From Candidatus Poribacteria bacterium (GTDB taxonomy: Bacteria; Poribacteria; WGA-4E; WGA-3G), in assembly GCA_965205025.1 (NCBI GenBank), contig CBDBFU010000013.1:32001-96000 (forward strand): 64,000 nt of DNA. The letters are read 5' to 3'. The translations under genes and the position numbers were made by a program. Each line of letters starts with the position of its first letter. Within the stretch, counting starts at the first letter, position 1. Of this stretch, positions 1 through 9,109 are shown piece after piece. The notes under the pieces are model-generated. The model had not been told where the DNA came from. It searched no databases and saw only the letters and a list, made by a program, of their open reading frames with translations.

Positions 1-187
1 AATATAAATTAAAGTCCTATGATAACAGAGATTTAAGCGTTAAAAGATCATAATAACGACTTTTTAAAGTCCAATTTACCTTTGTCTGCTCAATTTGCGT
101 AAGTCCTAATTGTGTTATTATCAATTAAATGATTCTAAAGTTTAGACTACAATACGATATGGGTCTCTATATAGATTTTCTTTGATG

Positions 188-784
188 CTATAGGGATTTA
201 ACCTTTATATTCCTACACCACAATCTACCACCGTGATCTTGAATTCCGATATGACCTTTCCTTGGAAAATCCTTTAAAGCAACACCGAATTTGTTCCTAC
301 TCCCATCAGGATTCTCGTGAGGTGTATCCCATAAATCTAAATCAGCATCAACAATCTCTTCTCCATTCATCTCTACTTTTACTTGACTCCCATCACAAGT
401 AATCCGCATCTGATTCCATTCACCTGCAGGTTTACAAACATTACGTGTGGGTTCCAATGCATCATAAAGTGCACCGCAACAATGTTTTGTAGCTGGATCT
501 TTACCGTGTGTATCTAATATCTGAATTTCTAAGCCTGTCTGAACTGGATCATTCAGGTTAGCCCATCGAATGAATACACCACTATTTACATTTGGTTCTG
601 ACTTATACTCAAGATCCAAAATGAAGTCATCAAATTGTTCTTCAGTATATAGGTATTGTCCACCCTTTACAGTGCAGAGAATAGAGCCATCGTCTACAAC
701 CCAACCTTCATCACTGCCAGTTGCACCCCATCCATTTAATGTTTCACCGTCAAAAAGAGATTTCCAACCATTTTCATTTGCCAT
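188..784 (-). CDS. DUF1080 / 3-keto-disaccharide hydrolase family protein
   Basis: WKSLFDGETLNGW, NSGVF, EIQILD, GEWN and GHIGIQDHG..CRNIKVK motifs typical of DUF1080. Confidence 0.85.
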   Translation of the reverse strand: MANENGWKSLFDGETLNGWGATGSDEGWVVDDGSILCTVKGGQYLYTEEQFDDFILDLEYKSEPNVNSGVFIRWANLNDPVQTGLEIQILDTHGKDPATKHCCGALYDALEPTRNVCKPAGEWNQMRITCDGSQVKVEMNGEEIVDADLDLWDTPHENPDGSRNKFGVALKDFPRKGHIGIQDHGGRLWCRNIKVKSL

Positions 785-921
785 TTAATATTACCTCATT
801 TTTGTTAATTTATGATAATCATAAGAATAGTTTTATACTATTTCTATAAATTATTGTCTCATTAGACGGTTATTATGGTAGTCTTTTCTCTGGTCACAAA
901 CTGAATGAAGATTAAAATAAT

Positions 922-1000
922 AATTCGGTAATGTGTTAGAAATTCGGTTCGGTTAGGAAACCGAACCTACCAAGTTTGGGAAAATGGGAATTACCGAATT
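922..1000. repeat. Small MITE-like element: 11-bp terminal inverted repeats enclosing a REP-like hairpin
   Basis: AATTCGGTAAT (922-932) and ATTACCGAATT (990-1000); internal GGTTCGGTT-AGGA-AACCGAACC-TAC hairpin. Confidence 0.55.
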
Positions 1001-1062
1001 TAAAACTTAATCCTCATAAAGTTTGTGGTACAAAAAAGAGACATTTTCAATTAGAAATAGTA

Positions 1063-2172
1063 TTATTTTAGACTTTGTAAGAAAAGTCTGCCTATATCAA
1101 GGTTAAATTCGAACTCCGATTTTGAGCATGGACTATTATAGCCAATAATCGGAACATAACTTTCATGTCTTGAACCGTGTGAACGAAGAGATACGGATTC
1201 TTTTGCAACTTGTAATTCTCCAAATACCGTTTGTTGGTCAGCCAATAAGAATATATCCCCTATCCTTTCGGAGTGTAGTTGAAATTTCTGAGCTGCCTCT
1301 TCTGCTGTATACACTTCCTCAATTCCTTCTGTACTAATAAGACACTGAATCGCATCATCTAAGTCCTTTGGATCATTTAAGAATACATACGCTGCACCTC
1401 CTAAATTACCATGATGCACAACATATCTATCTTTTATGATAGGAATTGAATCTGCATGTATAGCATCTCTGTGAAGAATTCGTGCGGGGTCAAGTGCTGT
1501 CGTCTTATCCAACATTCCATGATCCGCAGTGATATATATCTCTCTTTCTGGATCTTGGTCAACAATATCCCCAATTATATTATCAAGTTCAGATAAATGT
1601 CTTTGAGAAATCTCATGCTCTGGTGGATATTTATGTTGTACCCAATCTGTGGTTGAGCAATATATCAACTCTGGATCATACTTCTGAATAGAATATAAGA
1701 CTGATCGTAACAACCACCAGTTTATTTCAATAGAGTAAATCGGTTCAGTCGGACCCACGGAATCGATAAATTCTTCAGGTGGATCTTCTGCAGCAACCTT
1801 TATATCTGCACCATTCTGTAAAATCCGTAGCAACTTCTTTTTTGTTACAAACAGTGCTGTAGTATCAGCAAATTTGGTATTTTTCGCGACTTCAAATAGA
1901 GTTGGAGAAAGTAAGAAACGGTTATCCTCTATAAATTCTCCTTTTCGTGTTTTTCTATCAACATAGTAGTTTGTCGTTATCCCATGTTTATCGGGGAATG
2001 CACCAGTAGCAATACTAACATTATTGACATTCGTAACAGATGGAATTACTGCATGACCGTGTTGAAGAAAACCTGCTTCAGCTAATTTAGATATATTTGG
2101 GATTTCACTTGCTGATAAATAATCATAACTTCCAGCATCAATACAAATAATTAGTACTTTGCGTCTATTCAC
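1063..2172 (-). CDS. phnA: Phosphonoacetate hydrolase-like alkaline phosphatase superfamily protein
   Basis: ICIDA, PSVTNVNNVSIATG, STTDWVQHKY, TADHGM and LRSHG match the PhnA motif series (PSFTNPNNLSIVTG, STTDYVQHK, TADHGM, LRSHG). Confidence 0.7.
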   Translation of the reverse strand: MNRRKVLIICIDAGSYDYLSASEIPNISKLAEAGFLQHGHAVIPSVTNVNNVSIATGAFPDKHGITTNYYVDRKTRKGEFIEDNRFLLSPTLFEVAKNTKFADTTALFVTKKKLLRILQNGADIKVAAEDPPEEFIDSVGPTEPIYSIEINWWLLRSVLYSIQKYDPELIYCSTTDWVQHKYPPEHEISQRHLSELDNIIGDIVDQDPEREIYITADHGMLDKTTALDPARILHRDAIHADSIPIIKDRYVVHHGNLGGAAYVFLNDPKDLDDAIQCLISTEGIEEVYTAEEAAQKFQLHSERIGDIFLLADQQTVFGELQVAKESVSLRSHGSRHESYVPIIGYNSPCSKSEFEFNLDIGRLFLQSLK

Positions 2173-2244
2173 AATATTATAACTTTCATTTGTTCCAATA
2201 TGTTGAGATTACAACATATTTTCCTATGACATCCTAAATCTCAC

Positions 2245-3333
2245 TCATGGAGCAATAGCAATCCTAACAATTTCCTGTTTAAAGGCATGCGTGAAGGCAT
2301 CATTAATTTCTGATAATGGGTATACCTTTCCAATAAGCTCAGCAAACGGATAATTTGATTTCTGTTCATCTATAAAACTAACAATCTTATCCATTATATT
2401 TGGATGATAGTTGTGAACCCCTTTAAGTGTAATGCATTTTGTAACTAATTGATGCACATTAAATGGGATTCCATCAAGTGGGTATACATACCCAAGCGTT
2501 AAACATTTACCCCCAATAGCTAACCAGTCAATCATATCAGGTAATGCTGGTGGGGCACCACTCACTTCAACAACCAGATCAACCCCACGTCCATCAGTTA
2601 AATCATCTAATTGTGCTGATATCTCATCCTTTGAAACAGTTTCAGCGTTAAATGTATGTGTTGCACCATAACGTAATACAGTATTCAAGCGAACATCCTG
2701 TTTATCCACGACTCCAACAATTTTATATCCTTTTGATCGAAGATAACAGGCTGCATATATTCCTAACATTCCTGCTCCATGAACAACAGCGGATTCTCCC
2801 GGTTCAGTTCCGATTGATTCAATACCGTTTACAACTGTTCCCAAAGCACAATTTATTGGGACCACCTCTTCATCTGTTAGTGTATCAGGAATTTTATGTA
2901 TTGAAGTTCCTTTTTTCAACTGAATGTGGGTAGAGAATCCACCTGAAAGTGCATTTTCGCCTTTACTTTCTGCATGTCCATATTTAAACATGGATTCACA
3001 CTTTTGTGGAAGATTAATATGGGAGCAGTAATGACATTCTCCGCATGCTGTAGTTAAGCTCCATGTAATCCTATCCCCTACTTTTAAGGGTTCACCTTTA
3101 TCAGATTTTAAAGTAGTCGAAGCATCAACGACACCGATTGCCTCATGTCCTAACACACAAGGAACAACCATATCACGTCTACCAGAAACAGTGTGTAGGT
3201 CTGACCCACAAATTGTTGCGAGTGAGACTTTAGCTAATACTGTATCAGGTTTCGTTTGGATGGGAACAGAAATAATCTCAAATGGTTTTCCAACTCCATG
3301 AAATATTGCTGTCTGAGCATACTTTTGGGTCAT
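2245..3333 (-). CDS. Zn-dependent alcohol dehydrogenase, probably of the phosphonate-catabolism-associated type
   Basis: ICGSDLH, GHE, CGECHYC...C structural Zn site, GAGMLG, GVHNY; adjacent to the phnA-like gene. Confidence 0.75.
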   Translation of the reverse strand: MTQKYAQTAIFHGVGKPFEIISVPIQTKPDTVLAKVSLATICGSDLHTVSGRRDMVVPCVLGHEAIGVVDASTTLKSDKGEPLKVGDRITWSLTTACGECHYCSHINLPQKCESMFKYGHAESKGENALSGGFSTHIQLKKGTSIHKIPDTLTDEEVVPINCALGTVVNGIESIGTEPGESAVVHGAGMLGIYAACYLRSKGYKIVGVVDKQDVRLNTVLRYGATHTFNAETVSKDEISAQLDDLTDGRGVDLVVEVSGAPPALPDMIDWLAIGGKCLTLGYVYPLDGIPFNVHQLVTKCITLKGVHNYHPNIMDKIVSFIDEQKSNYPFAELIGKVYPLSEINDAFTHAFKQEIVRIAIAP

Positions 3334-3423
3334 ATCTATTTGTTCATAATCCTTCTAAAATTTAATTAACCTGTTTCTGAATATTCAGTTCATAAACCCA
3401 CTGTTATTATTGCTAAAATATAC

Positions 3424-3452
3424 TTGCCACGTCAACTATTATTTCGTATAAT
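3424..3452 (+). promoter_or_regulatory. Putative sigma70 promoter of argB
   Basis: TTGCCA-17 bp-TATAAT about 40 bp upstream of the ATG. Confidence 0.55.
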
Positions 3453-3493
3453 TTCACATCTTAACCGAAACTAATAGGAATTATCTATAATTC

Positions 3494-4372
3494 ATGAACC
3501 AAATTGCAGAAGTATTAATTGAAGCCTTACCCTACATACGTCGTTTCTCAAATCGGAGAATTGTAATAAAATATGGTGGGGCTGCGATGGAAGATGAGTC
3601 ACTCATTGATTCTGTCATCGAAGACATTGTATTAATGAAATTTGTTGGGATGCGACCTATTGTAGTCCATGGGGGTGGACCCAAAATTAGTGCTTGGATG
3701 GATAGAATTGGAAAAGAAGCAGAATTTATACAAGGATTACGGGTCACTGATGCTGAGACTGTAGAAATAGCAGAAATGGTTCTCGCAGGTACAATTAATA
3801 AAGGGATCGTCTCAAGGATAAATCAACAAGGTGGACAAGCGATAGGACTTTGTGGGAAAGATGCGAATTTAATTGTTGCTGAAAAATATACACCTCATGT
3901 AACTGATAAAGAAGGGAAAGAAACCGCGATAGATCTCGGTTTTGTTGGAAGTGTCATAGGTGTAAATGCTCAACCCATTATCACGCTTGATGAAGCAGAT
4001 TATATACCTGTGATAGCCCCTAATGGTATTGGAGTAGATGGACAAACATACAATATAAATGCTGATACAATGGCAGGAGAAATTGCCTCTGCACTCCATG
4101 CAGAAAAACTAATTCTACTTACCGATACACGCGGAATATGTAGTGATATGAATGATGAATCAACCTTAATTTCAACGATCAAAATGAATGAAATCAACAA
4201 ACTTATTGATGCTCAAGTAATATCCGGTGGAATGATACCAAAAATTGAAGCATGTGCTACAGCACTTCTTGGTGGAGTTTCAAAAGCACATATAATTGAT
4301 GGCAGAATAGAACACTCACTATTGCTTGAAGTATTAACAGAAGGTGGTATAGGAACAGAAATCATTCGGTAA
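3494..4372 (+). CDS. argB: Acetylglutamate kinase
   Basis: EALPYI, VIKYGGAAM, VHGGGP, GLRVTD, NINADT, GGMIPK, GIGT. Confidence 0.95.
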   Translation: MNQIAEVLIEALPYIRRFSNRRIVIKYGGAAMEDESLIDSVIEDIVLMKFVGMRPIVVHGGGPKISAWMDRIGKEAEFIQGLRVTDAETVEIAEMVLAGTINKGIVSRINQQGGQAIGLCGKDANLIVAEKYTPHVTDKEGKETAIDLGFVGSVIGVNAQPIITLDEADYIPVIAPNGIGVDGQTYNINADTMAGEIASALHAEKLILLTDTRGICSDMNDESTLISTIKMNEINKLIDAQVISGGMIPKIEACATALLGGVSKAHIIDGRIEHSLLLEVLTEGGIGTEIIR

Positions 4373-5559
4373 TGAAAGGTGGACACATGGAAACTATGAA
4401 AAAAGTTGCAGCGATTCTCACGACCTATTTTCCTAACTCACATGCTGATGTCATAGCAACAAAATATATGAAGGGTTATCCAACAGATGAAGATCTTAAA
4501 CCCCCACGCGTGGAATTGGTCTCAATTTATCTTGATCAAATTGACCCGCGAGATATTGGGGTCGGATTAGCAGAAGAGCATAATGTACCAATCTACCAAA
4601 GTATTCGTCAGGCATTAACACTGGGTGAGAGTGAACTTGCTGTAGATGGTGTATTACTAATTGGTGAGCACGGTGATTATCCACATAATGAATTTGAACA
4701 GCACATGTATCCTCGACGATATATGTTTGAGCAAATTTGTGGGGTATTCGCTTCTTCAGGTCGTTCTGTGCCAGTTTTCAACGATAAACACCTTGCATAT
4801 AATTGGGATGATGCAATTTGGATGTATGAACGTGCTAAGGAGCTTGATGTACCATTCATGGCAGGTTCATCTTTACCTTTGGGATGGCGACAACCATTCT
4901 TAGAACACGATCTTGATACACCACTGGATTCTGCTGTTGGTATTGGCTATGGGGGTGTCGAATCTTATGGATTTCATGCTCTTGAAACACTCCAGTGTAT
5001 GATTGAACGTCGAAAAGGTGGAGAATCTGGGGTTGTTTCAGTTCAATGCTTAGAAGGGGATGCGGTATGGGATGCAGCAGAAAAAGGAGAATGGTCTATG
5101 ACATTAGCCGAAGCTGCTTGTAGCCAGATTAAGAACAGACCTGATACCTCTATTGTTGAAGGGTGTCCAAGTCCGACTGCTTTCTTAATTGAACATACTG
5201 ACGGGTTTAAATCCACTGTCTTAATGTTAAATGGTTATGTTACCGATTTTGCTTATGCCGGATTAATTGGTGATGAGATTCAAGCAACAGAATTTTATCT
5301 TCAAAATGGTGTTCCATTTTCACATTTTAGTTATCTGAGTCTTAATATTGAAGAGATGTTTCTTACAGGTGTACCTCAATATCCAGCGGAACGAACATTG
5401 CTAACAACGGGTATTCTTGATGCGGTTATGCATTCTCGACATCAGGGACATATTCGTCTTGAAACACCCCATTTAGGGAATATCAAATATCAATCTTTTG
5501 ATAAACCCCTAATCCGTCCTACAGCCCCACGGCCTGAAGGAGCGACTCTGCAGAATTAA
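4372..5559 (+). CDS. Conserved hypothetical protein, distantly oxidoreductase-like (start possibly 4387)
   Basis: Long ORF with SHADVI, VDGVLLIGEHGDYP, FNDKHL, YGFHALE and ERRKGGE motifs; function not assignable. Confidence 0.6.
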   Translation: MKGGHMETMKKVAAILTTYFPNSHADVIATKYMKGYPTDEDLKPPRVELVSIYLDQIDPRDIGVGLAEEHNVPIYQSIRQALTLGESELAVDGVLLIGEHGDYPHNEFEQHMYPRRYMFEQICGVFASSGRSVPVFNDKHLAYNWDDAIWMYERAKELDVPFMAGSSLPLGWRQPFLEHDLDTPLDSAVGIGYGGVESYGFHALETLQCMIERRKGGESGVVSVQCLEGDAVWDAAEKGEWSMTLAEAACSQIKNRPDTSIVEGCPSPTAFLIEHTDGFKSTVLMLNGYVTDFAYAGLIGDEIQATEFYLQNGVPFSHFSYLSLNIEEMFLTGVPQYPAERTLLTTGILDAVMHSRHQGHIRLETPHLGNIKYQSFDKPLIRPTAPRPEGATLQN

Positions 5560-5583
5560 TCCTTATCCTGTTCTGAGAATTAT

Positions 5584-6081
5584 CTATACTTCATTAAATT
5601 TCTGAAACAGGTTTCGTAGGTTTTCTTGCGTAACAATTGGGTCTTCTATAATAATCCGCGCCCCACCGATTACATCCATAAATCCTAATTCCCGTTGGTA
5701 ACGTGGTACAACATGTAAATGTAAATGGGGTATACTGGCTCCTGATGTTTCACCCATATTAAATCCTATATTGAACCCGCGTGGTTGGTATGCCTCTGAC
5801 AATACCTCGAAACTTAAACACTGTAATTCATGCAGACCGAATACTTCATCAGAATTCAATTCACGTAAATCTACGACATGTCTTTGTGGGAATATCAATA
5901 GATGTCCGGGACTATAGGGGTATAAGTTAAGCGATATTGTGAATAACTCTGTGCGATGTACCTCTAACCTTTCAACCTTATCATCTTTTTCAACAATAGC
6001 ACATAATATACATTCAACCTTCGGTCGATTCTTTCCTTTTGCATAGGGTAATTTGTTTGGTACAAACAGATTTTGACGCAT
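5584..6081 (-). CDS. HIT family hydrolase
   Basis: CILC, NLYPYSPGHLLI and the histidine triad HLHLHVVPR. Confidence 0.9.
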   Translation of the reverse strand: MRQNLFVPNKLPYAKGKNRPKVECILCAIVEKDDKVERLEVHRTELFTISLNLYPYSPGHLLIFPQRHVVDLRELNSDEVFGLHELQCLSFEVLSEAYQPRGFNIGFNMGETSGASIPHLHLHVVPRYQRELGFMDVIGGARIIIEDPIVTQENLRNLFQKFNEV

Positions 6082-6253
6082 TATACTATCCTTATCTCAT
6101 AGTGTTATACTGGGACTGTTCCATAATAAACCATGTAAGATATAGATGCAAGTATAACGTGCGTGTGGGTTGTGTAAAGTTTTTGACACTATAGGCGTCA
6201 ATTTAAGCGTAATATTCTTCTATAGGGGAACTCCGATTCACTAATGTTGAATT

Positions 6254-7309
6254 TTAACTTATCGAAAAAACGCTCACTCCACCCGACTCGTCACCAACAG
6301 CAATATACTGGTCATTCGGTGCCCAAACGATGCTTGTGACCCCCGCTGTCAGAGTGGCTTCATGAACCGCACGGGAACTGAGTCTTCCTTTCAATTCCCA
6401 GACGTAGACCAGACCGTCGGCACCGCCTGAGGCCAGCAGTTTACCACTATGTTGAAAACGCACAACGCTGATAAAATTCCGATGGCCGGAAAGCGAAATA
6501 GGTTTGGTATCGGCCGGTCCGCTACCGGAACAATCCCACACCGTAACATCCAGACCGCCTCCCGTAGCTAAGAATCGACTTGTGGCATCCCATGAAAGTT
6601 CTTGCACTTTCGTCGGATAACCATACATTTGCAAGTCCTCTCCGGTAGACATAATCCAGAAATGTACGGTCGAATCTTGATCTCCGGTGGCGATGTATTT
6701 GCCGTCAGGGCTCCACGTAATCACCAATGATGAACCTTTCCAGACCAATCGGCGGACGGCTTCCGACTGTTCCGGGACCCACAGCGTGACACCGCCGTAG
6801 GTAATTGAGGCAAGTTGCCTTACACTCGGTTTCCATTGAATACCAGAAATCGTGCTCTGATGGTCGGGATATTCTTGAATAAGATCGCCGACAGCGTTCC
6901 AGACTTTCAGCTTACGTCCAGCGGCAGAGGCGAGTATCGGTTTTTCGCCGCCACTCCAAGCCAGGTGCTCAACCCATGCTGCGCCCCCGTCAAGCGAATG
7001 TGTCGCTTCGCCACTTGTGATATCCCACAACCGAATTTTCCCATCTTGTCCTGCGCTTGCAAGCACTTTGCTGTTTGGATGCCAAGCGATTGACATTGTG
7101 CCGAATTCATGCCCTTCGAAGGTATGGATAACCGTTCGTTGACGACCTTCAAAAATTGTCACCGGACCGAGAACCGACGCTGCAGCGATGTATCTCCCAT
7201 CAGGCGACCACGCCAGATCAATGACGTAGTCGCTGATGGTTGCGCTCCAATTTTCGCGTAGTTGAGAGGGCTGTACAAAGCGGTTGCTCAGTCTGTTCAA
7301 GCGAGACAT
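6254..7309 (-). CDS. WD40 repeat protein downstream of the COG0523 GTPase
   Basis: About 7 WSPDG/LASAG...W repeats; overlaps the end of the GTPase gene. Confidence 0.85.
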   Translation of the reverse strand: MSRLNRLSNRFVQPSQLRENWSATISDYVIDLAWSPDGRYIAAASVLGPVTIFEGRQRTVIHTFEGHEFGTMSIAWHPNSKVLASAGQDGKIRLWDITSGEATHSLDGGAAWVEHLAWSGGEKPILASAAGRKLKVWNAVGDLIQEYPDHQSTISGIQWKPSVRQLASITYGGVTLWVPEQSEAVRRLVWKGSSLVITWSPDGKYIATGDQDSTVHFWIMSTGEDLQMYGYPTKVQELSWDATSRFLATGGGLDVTVWDCSGSGPADTKPISLSGHRNFISVVRFQHSGKLLASGGADGLVYVWELKGRLSSRAVHEATLTAGVTSIVWAPNDQYIAVGDESGGVSVFSIS

Positions 7310-8649
7310 GCTTCAAACCCTTCAGTCAATTCGGTACGGTTGAGGTTGCGTCCGATGAAGATGAGGCTATTGTAGCGCTCTTCATCACCCCATGGACGGT
7401 CGGGACGACCATCGAAGAGCATATGAACACCTTGGAAGACGAATCGGTTTGGCTGCCCCTTGATGCTCAGAATTCCTTTCATGCGGAAGATGTCAATACC
7501 TTTTGTCCGAAGCAGATCGCCAATCCAATCGTCCAACCGGTCGGGATTGAGGTCACCTGGGGTTGTGATGCCAACCGATGTAACTTCGTCATCATGTTCG
7601 TGGTCTGGCTTAAATTCGCGTTCAACAACTGGGTTGACAAGGGCACCGCTGCCGAAGAGTTGTGCTTGAAATTCGTCGGGGTGATGCTCGGTAAATAGTG
7701 CGTAAGCACCGGCGCGGTCGATCTGCACGTCAAAGCGTAATTCGTCCGCTGTGAGATTCAACTCAATGAGTTGTCCACTTGGTTGAAGGGTGCCACCCGT
7801 TGAAAGCTCATGCTCATCATCTGAGAAAACCATAACGACTGGCTCAACAGCGAGCTCCAAAGCTTCATCATTTGACTCATTTACGGGTACCAACGCGAGT
7901 TTCATCGACGGGTCAGGACCTTCTTGAAGAAGTAGTTCATGCGTACCAGCCGAAAGGTTATAAACACCTGCCCATTCAAAGGGGTATTCCGGTTCCATAA
8001 ACTGAGGGTCAACCTCCATCGCCCGGTCCAGATCGAATCCGCCGACATTGAGAATCTTGTCCATTTCAACCACGGCGTCTTTCGTTCGATAAATCTTCGC
8101 TGCACTGTTCATGCTGCGAATTCTGGCTTCCAGTTGATCTAACTCTTCCTCGGTCACAAGGTCAATCTTGTTCAACAAAATGACATCGGCAAAGGCAATC
8201 TGTTCACGAGCCTCGTCGCTGTCATCAATGTGCTGCCAAATGTGTTTGGCATCAACCACCGTCGTGACGGAATCCAGTTGCAGTTTCTCCTGCATTTCGG
8301 TGTCCATGAAGAACGTCTGAGCAACTGGTCCGGGGTCCGCAAGTCCTGTAGTTTCGACCATGATGTAGTCAAACTTATCACGACGCTTCATCAGATTACC
8401 TAAAATACGGATTAGATCACCACGCACTGTGCAGCAAATACAACCATTGTTCATCTCGAAAATCTCTTCTTCGGCACCGATGACCAAATCATTATCAACA
8501 CCGATCTCACCAAACTCGTTTTCGATGACGGCGATACGTTTGCCATGGTTTTCGGTGAGAATACGGTTGAGAAGCGTGGTTTTACCAGACCCTAAAAAGC
8601 CTGTCAACACGGTGACGGGGACTTGATCGTTTAGTATGGTTTCGTTCAT
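7297..8649 (-). CDS. COG0523/CobW family metal-binding GTPase (putative zinc metallochaperone) with an internal insertion
   Basis: [31 protein letters not shown], and C-terminal FRMKG...QGVH...FIGRNL. Confidence 0.92.
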   Translation of the reverse strand: MNETILNDQVPVTVLTGFLGSGKTTLLNRILTENHGKRIAVIENEFGEIGVDNDLVIGAEEEIFEMNNGCICCTVRGDLIRILGNLMKRRDKFDYIMVETTGLADPGPVAQTFFMDTEMQEKLQLDSVTTVVDAKHIWQHIDDSDEAREQIAFADVILLNKIDLVTEEELDQLEARIRSMNSAAKIYRTKDAVVEMDKILNVGGFDLDRAMEVDPQFMEPEYPFEWAGVYNLSAGTHELLLQEGPDPSMKLALVPVNESNDEALELAVEPVVMVFSDDEHELSTGGTLQPSGQLIELNLTADELRFDVQIDRAGAYALFTEHHPDEFQAQLFGSGALVNPVVEREFKPDHEHDDEVTSVGITTPGDLNPDRLDDWIGDLLRTKGIDIFRMKGILSIKGQPNRFVFQGVHMLFDGRPDRPWGDEERYNSLIFIGRNLNRTELTEGFEACLA

Positions 8650-8668
8650 CTTTCTCTCCTTGTTGAAT

Positions 8669-8977
8669 TTAGCCAGCGGTTAAGCTAACGATGTCCGTCT
8701 GCTTCACCTCCGCCAGCGGTTTGTGAATTTTGTATTGTCGGGGCTTTCCCGGCGTCTCCATGATTGCAATGACCGTTTCAATAGGCGGACAGCCTTCTTC
8801 GGTGCATTCCAACTGAGAAATCATCACGGTGATATCCTCTGATAAGTCAAAGGCTTGGGAAACCCACGATTTGACTTGGACGATTTGCTGTGGGTCGCTC
8901 TCTTTTTTTGAATTGAAAAATTTCATCTGCATCTGTAAGACTCCGTTGTATAAGAGGTTAGGATCCTCTATTCTCAT
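8669..8977 (-). CDS. Small conserved hypothetical protein in the metal-uptake cluster
   Basis: ORF with [15 protein letters not shown] motif; same strand as and close to the COG0523 gene; true start may be a later Met. Confidence 0.65.
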   Translation of the reverse strand: MRIEDPNLLYNGVLQMQMKFFNSKKESDPQQIVQVKSWVSQAFDLSEDITVMISQLECTEEGCPPIETVIAIMETPGKPRQYKIHKPLAEVKQTDIVSLTAG

Positions 8978-9066
8978 GTAGAAACGGTTACTAACTCCAA
9001 TTTCCCAATCAAAGCATGTACAATCGTATTAGTATTATACATGTCATACCATAAGTAAAATTGAGA

Positions 9067-9099
9067 ACGGGGACAGATGATAGAAATTATCGTCCCCGT
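9067..9099. terminator. Hairpin just downstream of the TonB receptor (terminator or processing stem)
   Basis: ACGGGGAC (9067-9074) and GTCCCCGT (9092-9099) inverted repeat, about 10 bp after the stop codon. Confidence 0.4.
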
Positions 9100-9109
9100 C
9101 CTGCAGTCT

